The notes under the pieces were generated by a model, which did not search any database, was not told the DNA's origin, and saw only the letters and a program-made list of their open reading frames with translations. From the human T2T-CHM13v2.0 reference genome, Homo sapiens, in the NCBI RefSeq assembly GCF_009914755.1, contig NC_060928.1: a stretch of DNA of 64,000 bases, one strand, 5' to 3'. Below are positions 28,697-42,542 of the stretch, in pieces. The translations under genes and the position numbers were made by a program. Position 1 is the stretch's first letter, and each line of letters opens with the position of its first letter.

Positions 28697-29413
28697 TGAA
28701 ACCGCCTTTGCAAACACTATAACAGAGAGAAAATTATGAGGGTGAAAGAGATCTGATGAAACCAACTCCATCTTTGCCTCCAGCCTCCAAACTGCCCTTG
28801 TTCATTTCTGTCCAAGCGAACTACAGGAGGAATTTAGCTTATAGTTTAACTTCGAAACAAAGATTATAACATTTCTTTCCTGAAACAAGTCCCCTCCTTG
28901 ACTGGGGACAAGAACATCCTTGTAAAACTAACAAGTTAGCGGCAAGATTAGAAATGATGGCTCAGGAGCCACGCAGCCAGAGGCTAGAAGATCACTTCAC
29001 TTCCCCAGTTGCTCCAATGGGTAACATTTCTATTGTAAAACCTAAGATCGGTGTTCCAGGCATTTTTCAAACCCTGCATTCTTATGGATGAGCTGGGGCC
29101 ACCCAGACTGGTACACTGGCTCATCCTGTCTTGCGGCCCTCACCCAGGAACCGAGTCAGCACAAGAGGACACTGTGACTCCCTGCAATTCCATCCCTGGC
29201 CTGAACCATCAGCGTCTCCATTCCCTAGCCCCTGCCCACCAAAGTATCTCCGAAGAACCCTACCCTCTGAAATTTCAGGGTGGCTAATTTGAGTAATAAG
29301 AAAGCCTTGGCTTGACCTTTCGCCAGCTCCACACATACTGAACCCTTTCTCTACTGCAATCCTGCTGTCTTGGTAAATCAGCAGCGGGCAAGAAGAACCT
29401 GCAGGTGGTTACA
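28697..29413 (+). mobile_element. LTR8-family (LTR8A/B-like) ERV1 solo LTR
   Basis: Starts TGAAACCGCCTTTGCAAA...GAGAAAATTATGA...GTGAAAGAGATCTGA; ends GGTGGTTACA. Confidence 0.85.
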
Positions 29414-29724
29414 GTGTTAACAGTAAATTCACTGTACCTCTTGCTTAACTACAGAAGCAACAGAAGAGAAAAATACAGTTTTGTCTACATTCAACTTTGC
29501 TTAAGATGCAATGGAACCCATCATTTAGAATTGCAGCTCATTATAAATATTAAATAAACAAATTTATTAACTCTTAAGGGTTTAAGACCCTGCAGTCAAA
29601 CAGGTCAAGCAGGATCTTGAAAGTATTTAAATGTTCTTGTTTTTAGCCATTATTTTCTCTAATAATGCAGTCAACTAGGCATCATTTTTAAACTACAAAA
29701 AGTTTGAATCAAAAGAGCCTGTTT

Positions 29725-30026
29725 ATGTTTTGTTTTGTTTTTTTTTTTTTGAGACAGGGTCTCGCTCTCTGGCTCAGGATGGAGTAAAGTGGAGTGATCT
29801 TGGCTCATTGCAAATTCCACCTTCCGAGTTCAAGGGATTCTCCTACATCACCCTCCTGAGAAGCTGGGATTACAGGCCTGCACCACCATGACAGACTAAT
29901 TTTGGTATTTTAGTACAGATGGGCTTTCCCCATGTTGGCCCAGGCTAGTCTCGAACTCCTGACCTTAAGTGATCTGCCCACTTTCGCCTCCCAAAGTGCT
30001 TGGATTACCGGTGTGAGCCATTGCCT
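29725..30026 (-). mobile_element. Alu (diverged AluS/J)
   Basis: Poly(T) followed by antisense Alu dimer. TSD AAAAGAGCCTGTTT (29711-29724) / AAAACAGCCTGTTT (30027-30040). Confidence 0.95.
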
Positions 30027-31650
30027 AAAACAGCCTGTTTTTCGAAGTACATTTATTCTCCTTGTGCCTGTCCCAGAGCACAGGTTTCGCTGCTTGGCCT
30101 TAATGTAATTTCTCTTTTGAGCATTTCCGTGTACACTTTGACTGTGGCCTTCATCCCTCGTCAGGTTTGCAACTGCAATTTTCACTAATCCCCGTGAGCA
30201 CTTTCCCTCACAAGGAACAGAGAGCCCAGGCTGTTAACCTAGTCGAGGAGACTGGACCACATGTTAGATATCACAGGCCTTTGATTCCAAGCAATACTTT
30301 TCAGTTGACAGTTCACTGAGAATTTAATACATATTTAACAAAGATCATAGAGAGATGTTTATCCTGGTTGCCCCCCAGAAAGAGTCCCTACATCAGAAAT
30401 TCCGGCTGATTTCAGAGACGTCTGTAACCTGCATTAAAATTCAGAAACGTATTTTCAATAAAGACGTTGGTTCAAATGTGTTTATTTTCCTTGAGTAGGC
30501 CATACATGCAAGAAAAAATAAACAGAACATACAACCTCTTGACTTTGAACTTGAAGACAAACTCACCTCAAGAAAAACAGCCTGCACTTAAGCTGTGGAG
30601 AGGGTTGGATTAGGGGCTTGGAAGACCATCCCAGCATCCAGTTGTCTGATGTTAACAAGGAATCAGAGGTCGCCAGATCATCTCATCTGTTTCCACTCAT
30701 CTGTTTACCCGTTCATTCAAAAAACTGAATATTGGGTCCCAATATTTAAGTTTTCAAAAAATTCTAACAAGGTTACGGCTTATTAAAGGAAGAAAAAAGA
30801 AACAAGTTAGCTTGGAAACAAGAAGGTATAATTTTTTCTCTCATGAACTTTTCTTTAAAAAACACTAAGAAAAAAGACAATGCAAAAAGAGAGAGAGAGA
30901 GAAATAAATAGTAGATTTTCAAGAACAAAAGCACATTCAGAATAAAAAAAAAAGTAGCCTCAGTCAAAACACTATCCATAAAGATAATTCATTTCAGGAA
31001 CAGACTGAACACCAGGAAATTTAGTATTTGAAACAAGTTTGGTATTCAGAATAATAATTGTAATGAGTTGAGAGCTACTTTCAATCCAAGTTTTTAGCAT
31101 AATAAGCAATAATCTATTCATACAGGCAGAAGTCAGCATGAAGTGAATTGTTATTTACACATTACATGCATTAAACTTGCTGAAATCTGGGGAGTGTTTT
31201 AATTGTTATTCTTGAAGAGAAAAATGTCAAAGAGAAAACCTTAAGGTTACTTAGAGTCTGTGTGGGGCTGTAATGCATGATTGGAGCCGGGGCTTGTCCA
31301 TGAAGATGGTCTAGCATGCTGTATCCATGGAAAGCTACACCAAGCCTGCTGCTCAGAGATACTGCTTTCAACCCTGGGTTAGCAAATTTAAGAACTGCAA
31401 GCTGAGAAAACAGATGTGGACAGTAAGACCCCTAATTCAAAGCACACAACAGTTACGACGCCCTCCCGTGAGTGAACAGATGGTGACAGTCAACAGGTTT
31501 CCCCATAATCACTAAAATGAGGGCACGGAGGCAGATTGCATTAACGAAAGAAAAACAGTCTTACTGAAGGGTGGCAACTTTTCATTGTTGCACCGTCTAC
31601 CCTTTCGCAGAAGCAAAATTCAAAGGGCTAAGAGACTTCAGAAAGCCAAA

Positions 31651-31897
31651 CACAACTCGCTGCGTGCTGACACAGCCTCCCTCGTAGAGAAACTCCTATA
31701 TAACTTTGCTAATCTTGGATAGCACAGAGACACAACTCGCTGCGTGCTGACACAGGCTCCCCCATAGAGAAACTCCTGTATACCTTTGCCTAAGCTTGGA
31801 TAGCAGAGAGACACAACAACTTGCTGTGTGCTGACACAGCCTCCCTCAGAGAGAAACTCCTGTATACCTTTGCCTCTGCTTGTATAGCACAGAGACA
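31651..31897. repeat. About 80-bp tandem repeat, 3 diverged copies
   Basis: CACAAC...GCTG(C/T)GTGCTGACACAG...AGAGAAACTCCT at 31651, 31731 and 31812. Confidence 0.9.
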
Positions 31898-32129
31898 CTT
31901 TAAATTTACAAGCACAAACAGGAACCCTTGTTTATATTATCTCTCAAAAAATTCTTTCCGCAGTGACCTCCTGCTCAGCAAATAGCACCACAAACTCCTG
32001 AGCTGTTCGAGCAACTTTCATCCTTCACATGATCTTTCTTCTAGATGCCCCACCTATCATCTAGTCCTGTTGATTTTTTGTCCAAAAAGCCTCTTGGGTC
32101 AATGTGTTTTTCTTCACTTGTACTGCTGT

Positions 32130-33148
32130 TCCCTTCCTGGGGTTTATCTAGCAGAGGAAAGAGCAATCGTCTCTGGAGGAAGGTGGCACCCTGGTGAGCC
32201 GTTCCAGTTACTCATGCACAATGAGCCGCATTCAGTTAGAAAATGTTGGGAAGACACGGCCCATGCTGTACTCCTGGGTGTCACTGCTGGTTCTTCAGGA
32301 CCCAAGGACTCTTTAGTCAGCAGGTGTTGGATCCTGCCAGGACTGGCCCTTCCCTTCAAAGTAGTGGGTTCCCTTTTGGCCCAGGGTGTGCCTAGGAATT
32401 TCATCCAGGAGGAAGGGCCTGCAATGGGGGCCTCATGCCTCTGCCCACTGCACTCTTACCGTGGTTGAGCTGGTAGCCAAGATGCGAAATGAAGTCCTCT
32501 TTATTCTTTGCTCTCCTTTTCTTAAGCAGATAGGAGGAATCGCTTTTGTGGCTATGGACTGCACTGCCTGGGGTTTGGGGAGGGATGGCACAAACACTCC
32601 CTGAGCCACACCAGTTGCTGTCTTTCTAGGACACATTCCCCCCCGCCCCAGTCCCCTGTCTGTAAGCCCAGTCTAGCTAACCTAGGACCTCAGAGAACTT
32701 CGGCCTACGGTGGTGAGACTTGTCGAGAAACTCAAGTTCCTACTCCTGGAATGAATGATTCCCGCCTGGCTCAGGCTGGTCCAAATGCTCTCTGCATATG
32801 TAGGTGCTGAACCCAGCATAGCTTTATTCTCCACTGCGACAGGACAGCACGGAGTTCAATAAAAAGTCCCTCCCACCCCAGTTACTGTGCTCTCCCTCCC
32901 CAACATGCACAGACTCTCCATGCCACACAGCTGCTGCCAGGAGATGGGGAGAAGGGGAACCAGCGAGTCAAGACTGTCTCCCCTAATGTCCTCCATACCT
33001 TTTTCAGCAATGTCAAGTTAAAAGCAGGTGCTGTGGTGGCTCACCTGGCTTTTGGCTTTGTGACAGTGCTTTTCTGAGTGCAGAGGGTGGTTAAATTTGG
33101 AAATCCAGTCGGGGACACACCGTGTAGGCTTCGATTCCACCATCTTGT
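32130..33148 (-). mobile_element. Isolated 5'UTR of an old L1 (L1PB/L1MA type)
   Basis: CCAAGGACTCTTTAGTCAGCAGGTG...CCCTTCCCTTCAA; ends TTCGATTCCACCATCTTG (minus strand CAAGATGGTGGAAT, an L1 5' YY1-like start). Confidence 0.7.
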
Positions 33149-33222
33149 TTGCTCACCTACTTACAGTTTTTGATGCTTTTGATTCAATCCTTTCCTTTTT
33201 CTTTATTTGGTTGCTGTTGAGG

Positions 33223-33606
33223 TGTATGTTAGTCCATTTTGGGCAGCTGTAAAGGAATACCTGAAGCTGAGTATTTTTGTACACATTTCTGCAGGATACA
33301 CAAGAAGCATGGTGCTAGCATCTGCTGCTGGCGAGGGCTTCAGGGAGCTTCCAATCATGGTGAAAGAGGAAGGGGAATTGGCATTTTATGTGGTGAGGGA
33401 GAGAGCAAGAGAGAGCTGCCAGGCTCTTTCCAACAACCAGCTCTCATACGAACTAACAGAGCACTCATTACTATGGGGAGGGTCCAAAGCCATCCATGAG
33501 GGATTCACCCTTTATGACCAAAACAGTTCCCGCTAGACTCCACCTCCAACACTGGGATTGAATTTCAACACGAGTTTGGAGGGGATACATATCCAAACTG
33601 TATTCG
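33223..33606 (-). mobile_element. MST (MSTB-like) MaLR solo LTR
   Basis: GTTAGTCCATTTTG...AAGCATGGTGCTAGCATCTGCT...CCACCTCCAACACTGGGATT...ATATCCAAAC. Confidence 0.85.
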
Positions 33607-33609
33607 GGG

Positions 33610-35270
33610 AAATTTCACTTTGTCTGAAGAACTCCCTTTAGCATTTTTTTAAATGTAGATCTATTAGTGACAAAGTTTCTCTATTTTTTCCTTCTCTGGA
33701 AATGTATATATTTGACTGTCATTTTGAAGACGATTTTGCCAGGTATAGAGCTCTAGACAGCTGTTCTTTTTCATCTCTTTAAAATAACATCTATTTCATT
33801 TCTATTGAGAGATCAACTGTCAGTGTTATTGCTGTTCTTTTGATTATATTACTTTTTTTCTCTGGCTGTTTGTTAAAACTTTCTTGCCTTTGCTTTTCAG
33901 TAGTTCATTCGTGTTTTAAGTAGTAGTGTTCTTAATAATTATCTTTGCGATTCATAGAATTGCTTGAATCCGTGACTAATTTTTTCTTTCATAAATTCTG
34001 AAAATTCTCGGGCATTACCTCTTCAGGTATTGCTTTCTACCACATGCTCTCTCACCTTGCCTTCTGGGACTCCAATTACATTTATCTTAAACTTTTTCAC
34101 CATGTCCCATATATTCTTTATAATCATCTTTGCTTTCCATCCTTTTTGCTCTCCATTCTTCAATCTGGACATATTTTTACTAACCTATTTCCACCTCACT
34201 ATTTTCCTTCTGTTGTGTCCAATCTGCTATTAAATCCATTTCTGTTATTCTTAGTTTCAGTAATTGTACTTTTCAGTTGCAGAATTTCTATTTGATCATT
34301 TTTTATAGATTTAAGTTCTCATGCAAAATTCTCAATCTTATTTTACTGAACACACTAGTTGCAGTTATTTTTAGATTCATGTGTGATAATGCCAGTATCT
34401 GAATCATCTTTAGATCTGCTTCTCATGTCTGTTTTTTATCTTGTCCTAGTCATTGAAATGTGCTAATTTTTTTATTGAATGTAGGAATTTTGCATGAGAA
34501 AAGAATAGAGTGTTTGGATGTTTTCCACCAGAGGAGAGTGACCCTATTGTCCTCAAAGAGCTGACATGGAATACATAAAACATCTCACATCAGTCCCATC
34601 ACAGATAACCATGCTGTTCCGAGATGGTTATAAAGATCTGAGCTCTTTATAAAGGACGCCACCAGAGGGCCCCACTAAGAGTCTGGGTGTTTCCTGCGGC
34701 TTTTCTTCCTTGGTCATTCCTAAATTCCAATTTTAGTTTCCTAAATACCTTGAGATTGCAAAAACTCTGCTGCTTTTTTATCAGCTTTTCATTTTCTGAC
34801 CCTACACATGTGAAGAATTCAGAAATGACTCAATGGATGAACAACAAATGTCAACTTTCCCTCTCTATGCTCCCTTCTCTCCGGGTCCTTGGCATCTCTC
34901 TGGCTGCTGTGGCAGTCTCAAGCATCAGTTTTTATTTACTGATTTCAAATCACTTCCATAAGATAACCCAAGGCTGTCCTGCCTCCTCCGCCTCCTAGCA
35001 GCCCTCCTCTTCATGGCTTCTCAGTCTCCCACCCTGTTCCCCATCTCTGGCCCCTACTCCTGCCTCAGCAAATGACCCAAGAAAAAAGAAGCACACAGAA
35101 TGTGGAGCCCATGCTCAGAGATCTCTCCCTCTATCTGGATCTTCATTCCTCAAAATCTAGCTGTCTCAGAGGCACTCTGGTGCTGTCAAAGAGACACATT
35201 TTTATAATTTATTGGGCTTTTCAAGTTGTTCTCACAAGGACCATTGGCAGAACTAAAAGGAAAGTCTCTG
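33610..35270 (-). mobile_element. Ancient L1M/L1ME fragment(s)
   Basis: Antisense ORF1-region motifs such as CCTTCTGGGACTCCAATTACAT and AATCTGCTATTAAATCCAT. Boundaries are approximate. Confidence 0.55.
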
Positions 35271-36496
35271 TCATATTTAAATTTTGCTTTCTTAATGAAA
35301 ATGGTCTTTCCTTGGTAGATAACATGAGCAAATGAACAATTTTCTTCCACCATCCACTAAGTTTGAAAAGAGAAAGTAAAAAGATACCATATTATCATTG
35401 CATAAGGAAAAATTGTATGCACACTATCTTGTTTGAGAAAATGTCTATTTATGTTTGCTTTTTTAAAATGTGGATCTCGGTGGGGTCAGAAACAGGAGCA
35501 AAGTTTCTGCTACTCTGTCCATCCCAGAAAAGCCCCAGTTATGTGCCATCATCCTCTATGATATACACTCAATTTCACCAAAGCAAATTGTGATTTACCT
35601 GATCGCAAAACCTCTTCTGATTAAAATTAAATATTGTAATTTCAGATGATATTTTTTGTTATCAGAGTAACTTTGCTGTATTCTTTGTTACTAGCAAAAC
35701 TAGGGATATTTGGTAGTTAATGGTCCTCACATCAAGAAAAATGTGCAGAACTCTTTCATGATTCATTTAGAAATAGGCAATCTGCCTAGTTCATGCTCAC
35801 ACCAAACAGAGGGCTTGAAGTCCTAACAAATTTCTTCCAGAACTAGAGTGAAATAATCACTAGACATAAGAATTTCTAATATTGAACACAGAAATAAGAA
35901 CAGCACATCTGTATTTATATTATTATCTCTTGAGAATGTCAAATTATATTTTCTATACAATTAGTCTATTCTTACCTATGTTTACATACATACATTATGT
36001 TTGCCAAATAGGTGTTACTGAATAGTTTTGTAAAAATCAAAACACATTTCAAACTCTACAAATGAGCATTGTATTTAAATGGATCACATGTTAAATAATT
36101 TTCTAAACGGAAGAACCTCTCCAATTACTTTTCAGACATGTAGACGGCCAATAGTTTGATTAGATATTAGTGACGGTAATGAGTTCTGACTCCCCTTCAC
36201 TATTCCTCTCTCCATCTAATAGGGTTCAATCATAGAGCTTGTAAGGATTAATTCCTTATTAATATGTTCAACCAAGGCTGATTGATAACCCTCTATGGCT
36301 TTTTTGGAAGTCTTTCTCACTAAATTACACCTGCTAGAGGATTCTAGCAGATAAGTCATGAAGGCAACCTTAAAATGAATAGCCACACTTAACCTCTCTG
36401 TATATTTATTAACCAATCTGTCATCACCCCAAGTTGTGTGCAGAGCACCAAATTAAAGAATGGCATGTCTTCCCTGCTGGTTAAGCAAGCAAAGTA

Positions 36497-37669
36497 CAGT
36501 CATGCATTGCTTAACGACTGGGATACCTTCTGAGAAATGTGTCATTAGGCGATTTTATCATTGTGTGAACACAGATGGTACTTACACAAACCAAGGTGGT
36601 ACAGCCTGCTGCACACCTGGGCTATATAGTATAGCACACCCGGGTTGTATAGTATAGCTTACTGTTGTGAGGCTACAAACTTGCATAGAATGAGACTGTT
36701 CTGAATACTGTAGGCAATTATAACACATTGCTAAGTATTTGTTTATCTAAACATAGAACAGATACAATCAAATACAGTACAAAAGATTATAAATGGTACA
36801 CTTACCATGAATGGAACTTGCAGGACTGGAAGTTTCTCTGGGTGTCAGTGAGTGACTGGTGAGGGTATGTGAAGGCTTAGGACGTTACTGTCCACTACTG
36901 TAGATGTTATAAATGCTGCACACTTAACCTCAGCTTACTGTAACATTTTTACTTTATTAACTTTTTGACTGTTTTGTAACAACATCTAGCTAAAAATGCA
37001 AATACATTGTACAGTTGTACAAGAATAGAAAGAAAAATATTTTTAATAGAAAGAAAAACATTTTCTCTTTCTGTTCTTATTTTTTCAGACTTTTTTAACT
37101 TTTTTTTTACTTTCTACACTGTTTTATTAAAACTTAAGACACAAATACACACATTAGCCTAGGCCTGCACAGGGCCAGGATCATCAACGTCACTGTCTTC
37201 CACCTCCACATCTTGTCCCACTGGAGGGTCTTCAGGAGCCACAACACGCATGGAGCTGCCATCTCCTGTGATAGCAACGCTTCTTTTGCATACCTCCTGA
37301 AGGATGTGACATTTTACAGTTAACTGTTTACACTTAACTTTTTTCTAAGAGTAAAAGGAAAACACTCTAAAATAATTATAAAAGTATAGTATAGCAAATA
37401 CACACAGCAGTAACACAGCTGTTTATCATGATCAATTTTTATGTATTGTGTGTCATTATAGCTGCTACACTGTTATGTGAATGGCAACGCAGTAGGTTTG
37501 TTCACACCAGCATCACCACAAACGCGTGAGTAATGTGTTGTGCTAAGACCTTCAGGTGATTACAGTGTCATAGGCCACAAACATTTTCAGCTCCATTATA
37601 ATCACATGGAACCACAGTCATATACGCAGGCTGTTGTTGACTGAAGTGTCCTTATGCAGTGCATGACTG
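36497..37669. mobile_element. Tigger3(b)-like TcMar DNA transposon, internally deleted
   Basis: Terminal inverted repeats CAGTCATGCATTGCTTAA / TTATGCAGTGCATGACTG, with TA duplication at 36495-36496 and 37670-37671. Confidence 0.9.
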
Positions 37670-37766
37670 TACTAAGCTTAATAACCACCCATAGTCATTC
37701 AGGGAGGGATGTCTTTCTTTTGGTCGCCCTGCCAACATGGTCAGCATTAGTTTGAGAATGCATTGA

Positions 37767-38073
37767 GGCTGGGCTCATGCCAGTAATCCCAACACTTTGG
37801 GAGGCCAAGGTGGGCAGATCACTTGAGGTCAGGAGTTCAAGACCAACCTGGCCAACATGGTGAAACCCCATCTCTACTAAAAATACAAAAATTATCTGGG
37901 TGTGATGGCAGACTCCTGTAATCACAGCTACTCAGGAGGCTGAGGCCAGAGAATCACTTGAACCCAGGAGGTGGAGGTGGCAGTGAGCCAAGATTGTGCC
38001 ACTGTATTCCAGCCTGGGCAACAGAGTGAGACTCCAACTCAAAAAGCAAACAAACAAACAAACAAACAAAAAA
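37767..38073 (+). mobile_element. AluS with (CAAA)n tail
   Basis: Alu dimer. TSD AGAATGCATTGA (37755-37766) / AGAATGCATCGA (38074-38085). Confidence 0.95.
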
Positions 38074-40704
38074 AGAATGCATCGAATAACAGGATTAGTG
38101 CAGGCTGGAGGGGCTGACCAGCCTCATGCAAGTCTTGGCTCTGTCCCAGCTTTGTGGTCCTGGGGATCTTTCTCCTAAATCTCTTAAATCAGTCCCAAAA
38201 TAAGAGTTAATGCCATATATGACATAAAGTTTTTAAGTACTATATAAAATATTAAATAATAATTATTTTAAATATTAAATAATAATTATTTTAAATTAAC
38301 TTAAAATTCTACATGAATCTATTTATAAGTTCTGAAATAATGTAAAAAGGTAAAGAATGGTCTTTATGTTATTATCATTATTGCCCCAAGTTAATATAAA
38401 AGTGGTGCTAGTGATTTAGAAGACCTAGATAGCCTAACTATGTAGGTGCTACTACTAGTTATGTATTTATTTTAAGTAATATGCTATATGGCATATAGTT
38501 CATTACAACAAATAATTTAATTCCTATAACTTTTACAGAAGATATATTTCTATTTATGAACCTAATTTAAATCCTGTTGTACTATAATTGTGGTTAGCTG
38601 CATTCCAGGAACATAAGCACTTGGAAAAGAGATAGTTGTTCATTAAGAAAATAAAATTGCCTTAATCTCATCGTGACTTTTACACTGATTTCTTGTCAGT
38701 GTTTAAGCTGTGTTCAGAGGGGATGAACAGAGCGGAAATGTGCTAGAGGGATGATTGAATAAATTAGGTTCTGTGACCCAATCCATGCCTGGGAATGTGG
38801 TTTCACATATTCTATATATCCACAGTATAAACTCAGGAATAAAAAGAAGCTAAATCACCTGCGTTATTATAATCAACAGTTTAAGGCTCAATGCCTTCTC
38901 CTTTCAAACCAAAAAATTCTATCATCCATCTTCCTTTCTTCCTCCTTCCCTCTTCCCTGCTTTCCTCTGTCCTTCCCTCCCCCCTTTTCTTATTTTGTTC
39001 TCCTTCCTTTTGCCTTCCTTCCTGCATTTCTTTCTTTTTCTAACAGTTGCATTTCTTGGTGCTACTTCACTCAACTCTTCATTAACTTACCATTAAGTAT
39101 GAAGTCATGTTCGACTCCCGCCAGCCCAAATGCTGTCCATTACCGGAATCTGGGTTTCCACAGGGGATTTCCTCTGTGTCAGTGACACATAACAGAGTCC
39201 AAGATACTGACCATTGGTTACAATGTCTGTAAAGAGTGACTTTACTCACGTGACACATCAAACCCTTCCAGTGTGTGAGAAAATGAGAAAAAAGAAAAGT
39301 GTCTAAGAATAAATATAGGACTGCTATATCTTGCAAATATCAAAAAAGAATAGTATCAAAGCTGGGTCTATTTGACCTTGGCTATGGCTGCTGATGCCAT
39401 TCACATCAGACTATAGATTGTTCATCAAAGTTAAGCAAACATACTGTGTAAAATAGTTGCTTAATTTATTTGAGCCTTGGTCGATCGCTCACTGAAAAAA
39501 CTTCTGAAATCTCTGCTATGTGTACAGCATTCCACACGCCTTATGTTAGCTGGTAACCCTCTGTCTCTTTAGGGCTTGTGGTGAGAGTCAAATGTGTATG
39601 TTGCTATATATTCTTAACTGTCAACTGCTGAAGAATGTCAGGATGAAGTCCTAAGACTGGAGATGGGGAGAGCTTAGCAGCTATTGATGAAATATTGATG
39701 AAAAAACTACACATTTCTAGTTTGGTCTAACCAACATATAAAGATCTAGTATAGTGCCTACTACACAGTATGTACTGAATATATATCTGTGGAATCAATG
39801 AATGTATTGATTCATGAGAGTATCTGTTTACTCAGAATCTTTCAGTAGTAATTAAGAATGGCACCTCATTATTTCTATACATACCTCATTATTACTTTTT
39901 TATAAAACTGATGAATTCAAATGGTGGCAAGTGTTCCTCAACAAGGAGTACCTTCAGAACCCCAAGGCATGTGTAAAAAATGCTTTGCACTGCGCAAGCT
40001 TCAGATAGCTAAATAGACTGCAAAATATCTTACCAGTAAGGAAAGCAATAATTGAACACAAAACTTTTCTAAACAAATTTAGTCTTCAGTGACTTATTCA
40101 ATTGACTTTAGATAGAGGCCGACAGAAGCAAAAGTGACTGGAGCCCCCATTTGGAGGTGATGGTGGTAACCTGATTAATTTCCAAAATGAAATGTGAAGA
40201 TACACTAGTAACTTGATTAACACTCCCCCTAAAATAAAACCAATAGAATTTGAGAAACAAAAACTACCATTCAGGCTGTTTATATGAAGTCTCATTAATA
40301 TTCACAACAATCAAGAACCCAATTTCGTAAGTAACTGTTATGCCAGGCACTCCATACCACTCAGGATTGGAAGAACCAGGCTGGAAACTGAGGTTTGTGT
40401 ATCGACGAGAGCTATAGTTATTCAGTCAAATCAGTCAAGTCTCCAATCCCTCATCCAGTGGTGGAGAGATTTGAGTTTGTTTTGCCTGATATTGTTTTAG
40501 TTTTAGAATTTGTATAAAAACTAAAAATACATTAAACTTATTCTGTTGTTATTTTCCACATTTTGAATAATGCATATTTTTTGGTTATAAAAATGTTGGA
40601 GAAATACAAAAGAATAGAGCAATTCAAAAAGCAGAAATATCACTAGTTATGCCTCTAGGCAGACACAGTCATTGTTCACATTTGGTGCCTATTCTTCTTC
40701 TATT

Positions 40705-40740
40705 TTTATGTATGTGTATGTATATGTATGTTTATGTTTA

Positions 40741-40778
<38 letters not shown>

Positions 40779-40780
40779 CA
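40705..40780. repeat. (TG)n(TA)n compound microsatellite
   Basis: Direct observation. Confidence 0.9.
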
Positions 40781-42359
40781 CTCATTTAAAATGTCATCAC
40801 TTCAATTGTCATTATAACTTTTTGAAAACAGGATTTTTTTATGGCTGCCTTTTTCCATTTTTTGGTTATACCACCACTTCCTTAGACACTGTTTCTGTTG
40901 AACCTTTACTTATTTCCAATTTTGTTTACATGAATTCTGTTGCTACTTTTTTCTAAATGTACGTCTTTGGAAGCCAACAACTGAGCTATTTAATCCATGA
41001 AAATATTTTTGAAAGCAATTCTTTTGCAAAAAAGACTTGTGGAAAAGCTGGTCCTCTATAAAAATTGATTGTCATTTTATCACATCTCAGGGGTTGTGAG
41101 TTTGATGAAGTGCTTATATATTTTCAAGCTCAGATACAATCAGACAATATTTCCTTCTCAAAATGTGTGATCACCATTTCTTCTCTAATTCCTTCCGTTG
41201 TTTATTACTGAATCTTGCTGATTTCCTTTATACACTTTCCAGTGAGCCACCTAACACAATAATCACACACTGAGATGATAGATAGAAAAGGCCGCTCTCA
41301 AAAACTACTTGCAAAAAACAATACCTTTGGTGAGTCTGATACTCAAAGCGCACTCAGGCTAAACACTAGGGCTTTAAATTAAAGGGATTTATGATGCTAT
41401 GCTGTCCAAACATTTATAATTGGCAAAAACTCACTTCTAAGTTTAAAACATAATGCAAAAAGAGTACATGCAAATCATTTCACCAGCCATCCATCAGTGC
41501 TTTAAACCAAATTAGACTCTTGAGAAGCAAAAAAAAAGAAAAAAAATTATTTATGATAGTTGAGAGGATTTTATTTTTTGTTACATGAGAGGGAATCAAC
41601 AGGACTCAAATTCAAATCAGTGAATTCATTTGAAAAGATATATAAATACAAAATTGGCAGATGATAGCACTGTGCTAGCAAACAAAGGAGAAAAATCAGG
41701 TTTAATGAATAGAAGCTTTACGGAAGGTTTAGCCAGAAACTGCCACGCTAGTTTCTTTTGGTCAACACGTCTTCCAAGTCTCCATCTCTGACACTGGCGC
41801 ACACTCCAGGCATGGAGAGAGGCCAGAACTAACAGAAGAAAACAGAGTTGCAGGAAAGAGCGTCCTCAGGCTCCAAAACAGAAGGTACAATAACCAGAGA
41901 CTTAGGCATCTGCAGAAGCTCCAGCACCAACGCCATTTTACTGAATGCTGGAAGTTAAAGAAGAAGAAAAGTCATGAAAATATCAAATACTCTTAAAAAC
42001 ATATGTTTCTTTAAAAAGAAAATGTCTTGAACATTAAAGGTCTTATGCTTAAATAAGCAACAAGGAGCATTATCAACTGCATGCTCACGGCAACATCTTG
42101 TTGGTATTTTGCTTTGTGTACTCAGAGGGCCAAACGTGTTTGCAAGATAAACAGCCTGAAAGTCTACCCTGCCCCAGAAAACCACATGGGGGACAAAAAA
42201 AAAAATTTAAGGCTGAATTTGGAGAATTTAGTATTTCAGAAACAATTGCTATATGTGTGATTTTGTTTACACTTTCTATGATTTCTTTTACTACTGGATC
42301 TTTAAAATATATATATCAAAAGCCTGGTTCGCTTTATTTCCTTTTCAACTCAGACATCA

Positions 42360-42542
42360 TTTTCTTCCTTCTCCCTTCTTTTCATTTCTTTTCTTTTTCT
42401 CTTCTTTCTTGTCTTCTGCCTCTTCCTTTCTCCTTCTCTTTCTCCTTCTTCATCCTGTTTGCCTTGCCTTCTTCCTCCTCCTCTTCCTCTTTCTCCTCTG
42501 CTTCTCTCTCTCTTTTTCCCCTCTCTTCCTCTCCCTCTACCT
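42360..42542. repeat. CT-rich low-complexity tract
   Basis: Near-pure pyrimidine run. Confidence 0.85.
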
